From the NCBI GenBank assembly GCA_039815375.1, contig JBCBZJ010000002.1:160001-224000 (forward strand): 64,000 nt of DNA. The letters are read 5' to 3'. This document shows, piece by piece, positions 63,131 to 64,000 of this stretch; within the stretch, counting starts at the first letter, position 1, and every line of letters begins with the position of its first letter. The translations under genes were made by a program, and so were the position numbers. Under the pieces are notes generated by a model. It was not told the origin of the DNA and made no database searches. It was given only the letters and a program-made list of their open reading frames with translations. The DNA comes from Verrucomicrobiota bacterium. Lineage in GTDB: Bacteria; Verrucomicrobiota; Verrucomicrobiia; Opitutales; Coraliomargaritaceae.

Positions 63131-64000
63131 ATGTCGGAATTGCCTGAAATCGGAACGGACAATCAGAGTGTAGAACCTGCAGCATTGGCGGGTCATTATC
63201 TGAGGGTTTTTGCGAGTGCAGTTGCTTCGATGTCAGATTTTGAAGGATTTATCGATGCATTGAATGGTCTGGTTCGGGACGATACTTTCTTTCTCGGCAC
63301 TGCGGAACTCTCGAATGCCTTCGCTGATGGTGACGAAAAGTTTCCAGACTTTGAGACTCTGGACAGTTCTGAGACAGTTGTCGCGGTTGCAGGTGATGCG
63401 GGAAATTTGGGATACCTTAAATATTCCGGTCGACAGGACAAACAACCCTTTGGAGCAGAAGATATGCACCTCATGGGTTCGATTGCCGGTTTTATCTCAG
63501 CTCTTATTTCACAAGCGCATGAATTCAGGCAAAAGAGTAAAGCTGACAGGGTACTTCAATTTCTGATCAACCAGTTGCCGTTAGGAGTGATTTGCTTTGA
63601 TTCTAAGGGAGATGTTTTAGTCCAGAGTAATTCTGCAGCGAATCTCGTAGGTGATGCGGGAGCTGCGATTCTTGCGGAGTTGATCAGTTCGGAAAAGACT
63701 TTCGTCAAGGATCGTGCGAGACTCCACTTTGAGGCCGGAGGAAAATTGGTTTATGCAGAGGGTCGTCGATTGCAGGTCGAAGAGGGCCTGAAGGTCGTTG
63801 CCTTTTTGCTCTATGATATGTCGGCTTCGCGCGAGAAGTTGTTAGTTGATCTAGAACGTGAAGCTTACCGAAGCGAGGCTCGCGGCACGTTTCTCACGCT
63901 CGCTCTCCTTGAGATGGACGACGAAGCAGGCAAGGTGTATCGCACACTCCGCTCTGCCGCCAAAAGCCTTCAGATTGATGTGAGCAAAATACAACCGGTA
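63131..64000 (+). CDS. GAF-like/PAS-like signalling protein, possible degenerate GGDEF domain (partial)
   Basis: Open from ATG 63131 to the window end: PFGAEDMHLMGSIA (GAF end), LINQLPLGVICFD (PAS start), LEREAYRSEARGTFLTLALLEMD (GGDEF-like start). Confidence 0.7.
   Translation, partial: MSELPEIGTDNQSVEPAALAGHYLRVFASAVASMSDFEGFIDALNGLVRDDTFFLGTAELSNAFADGDEKFPDFETLDSSETVVAVAGDAGNLGYLKYSGRQDKQPFGAEDMHLMGSIAGFISALISQAHEFRQKSKADRVLQFLINQLPLGVICFDSKGDVLVQSNSAANLVGDAGAAILAELISSEKTFVKDRARLHFEAGGKLVYAEGRRLQVEEGLKVVAFLLYDMSASREKLLVDLEREAYRSEARGTFLTLALLEMDDEAGKVYRTLRSAAKSLQIDVSKIQPV

Overview
Chromosomal segment of a bacterium whose gene set and protein style resemble Verrucomicrobiota (Opitutales/Coraliomargarita-like; this is inference). 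No prophage, IS element or CRISPR array is visible. Housekeeping genes: clpC (after a probable mcsB tail), lpxA, family-4 UDG, oppABC, cls, dxs/xseB, a two-gene pta, murJ, tdk, pgi, ilvD, scpB and pheA. Larger clusters: a Cu-type P1B ATPase, alternative complex III (actA-G) and cbb3 oxidase respiratory cluster (27.3-41.5 kb), and a circularly permuted ATP-grasp/alpha-E/transglutaminase/DUF2126 operon (41.5-47.9 kb). The best candidate for an undescribed system is the divergent locus at 54.9-64 kb. A LuxD-like acyl-ACP thioesterase fused to a SAM methyltransferase is translationally coupled to a multi-TM GAF histidine kinase. Opposite it lies an operon of a pseudo-receiver/GAF/PAS kinase, a FadL channel and an AlkB-like diiron enzyme. 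I hypothesise a fatty-acid-methyl-ester signalling circuit analogous to Ralstonia Phc. Other oddities: a tRNA-Leu with the rare AAG anticodon, a PheA with a single-chain tandem chorismate mutase whose two copies carry complementary active-site residues, a candidate ~165-nt structured RNA, and small ORFs missed by the ORF track. All family assignments come from motif recognition by eye; no searches were run.
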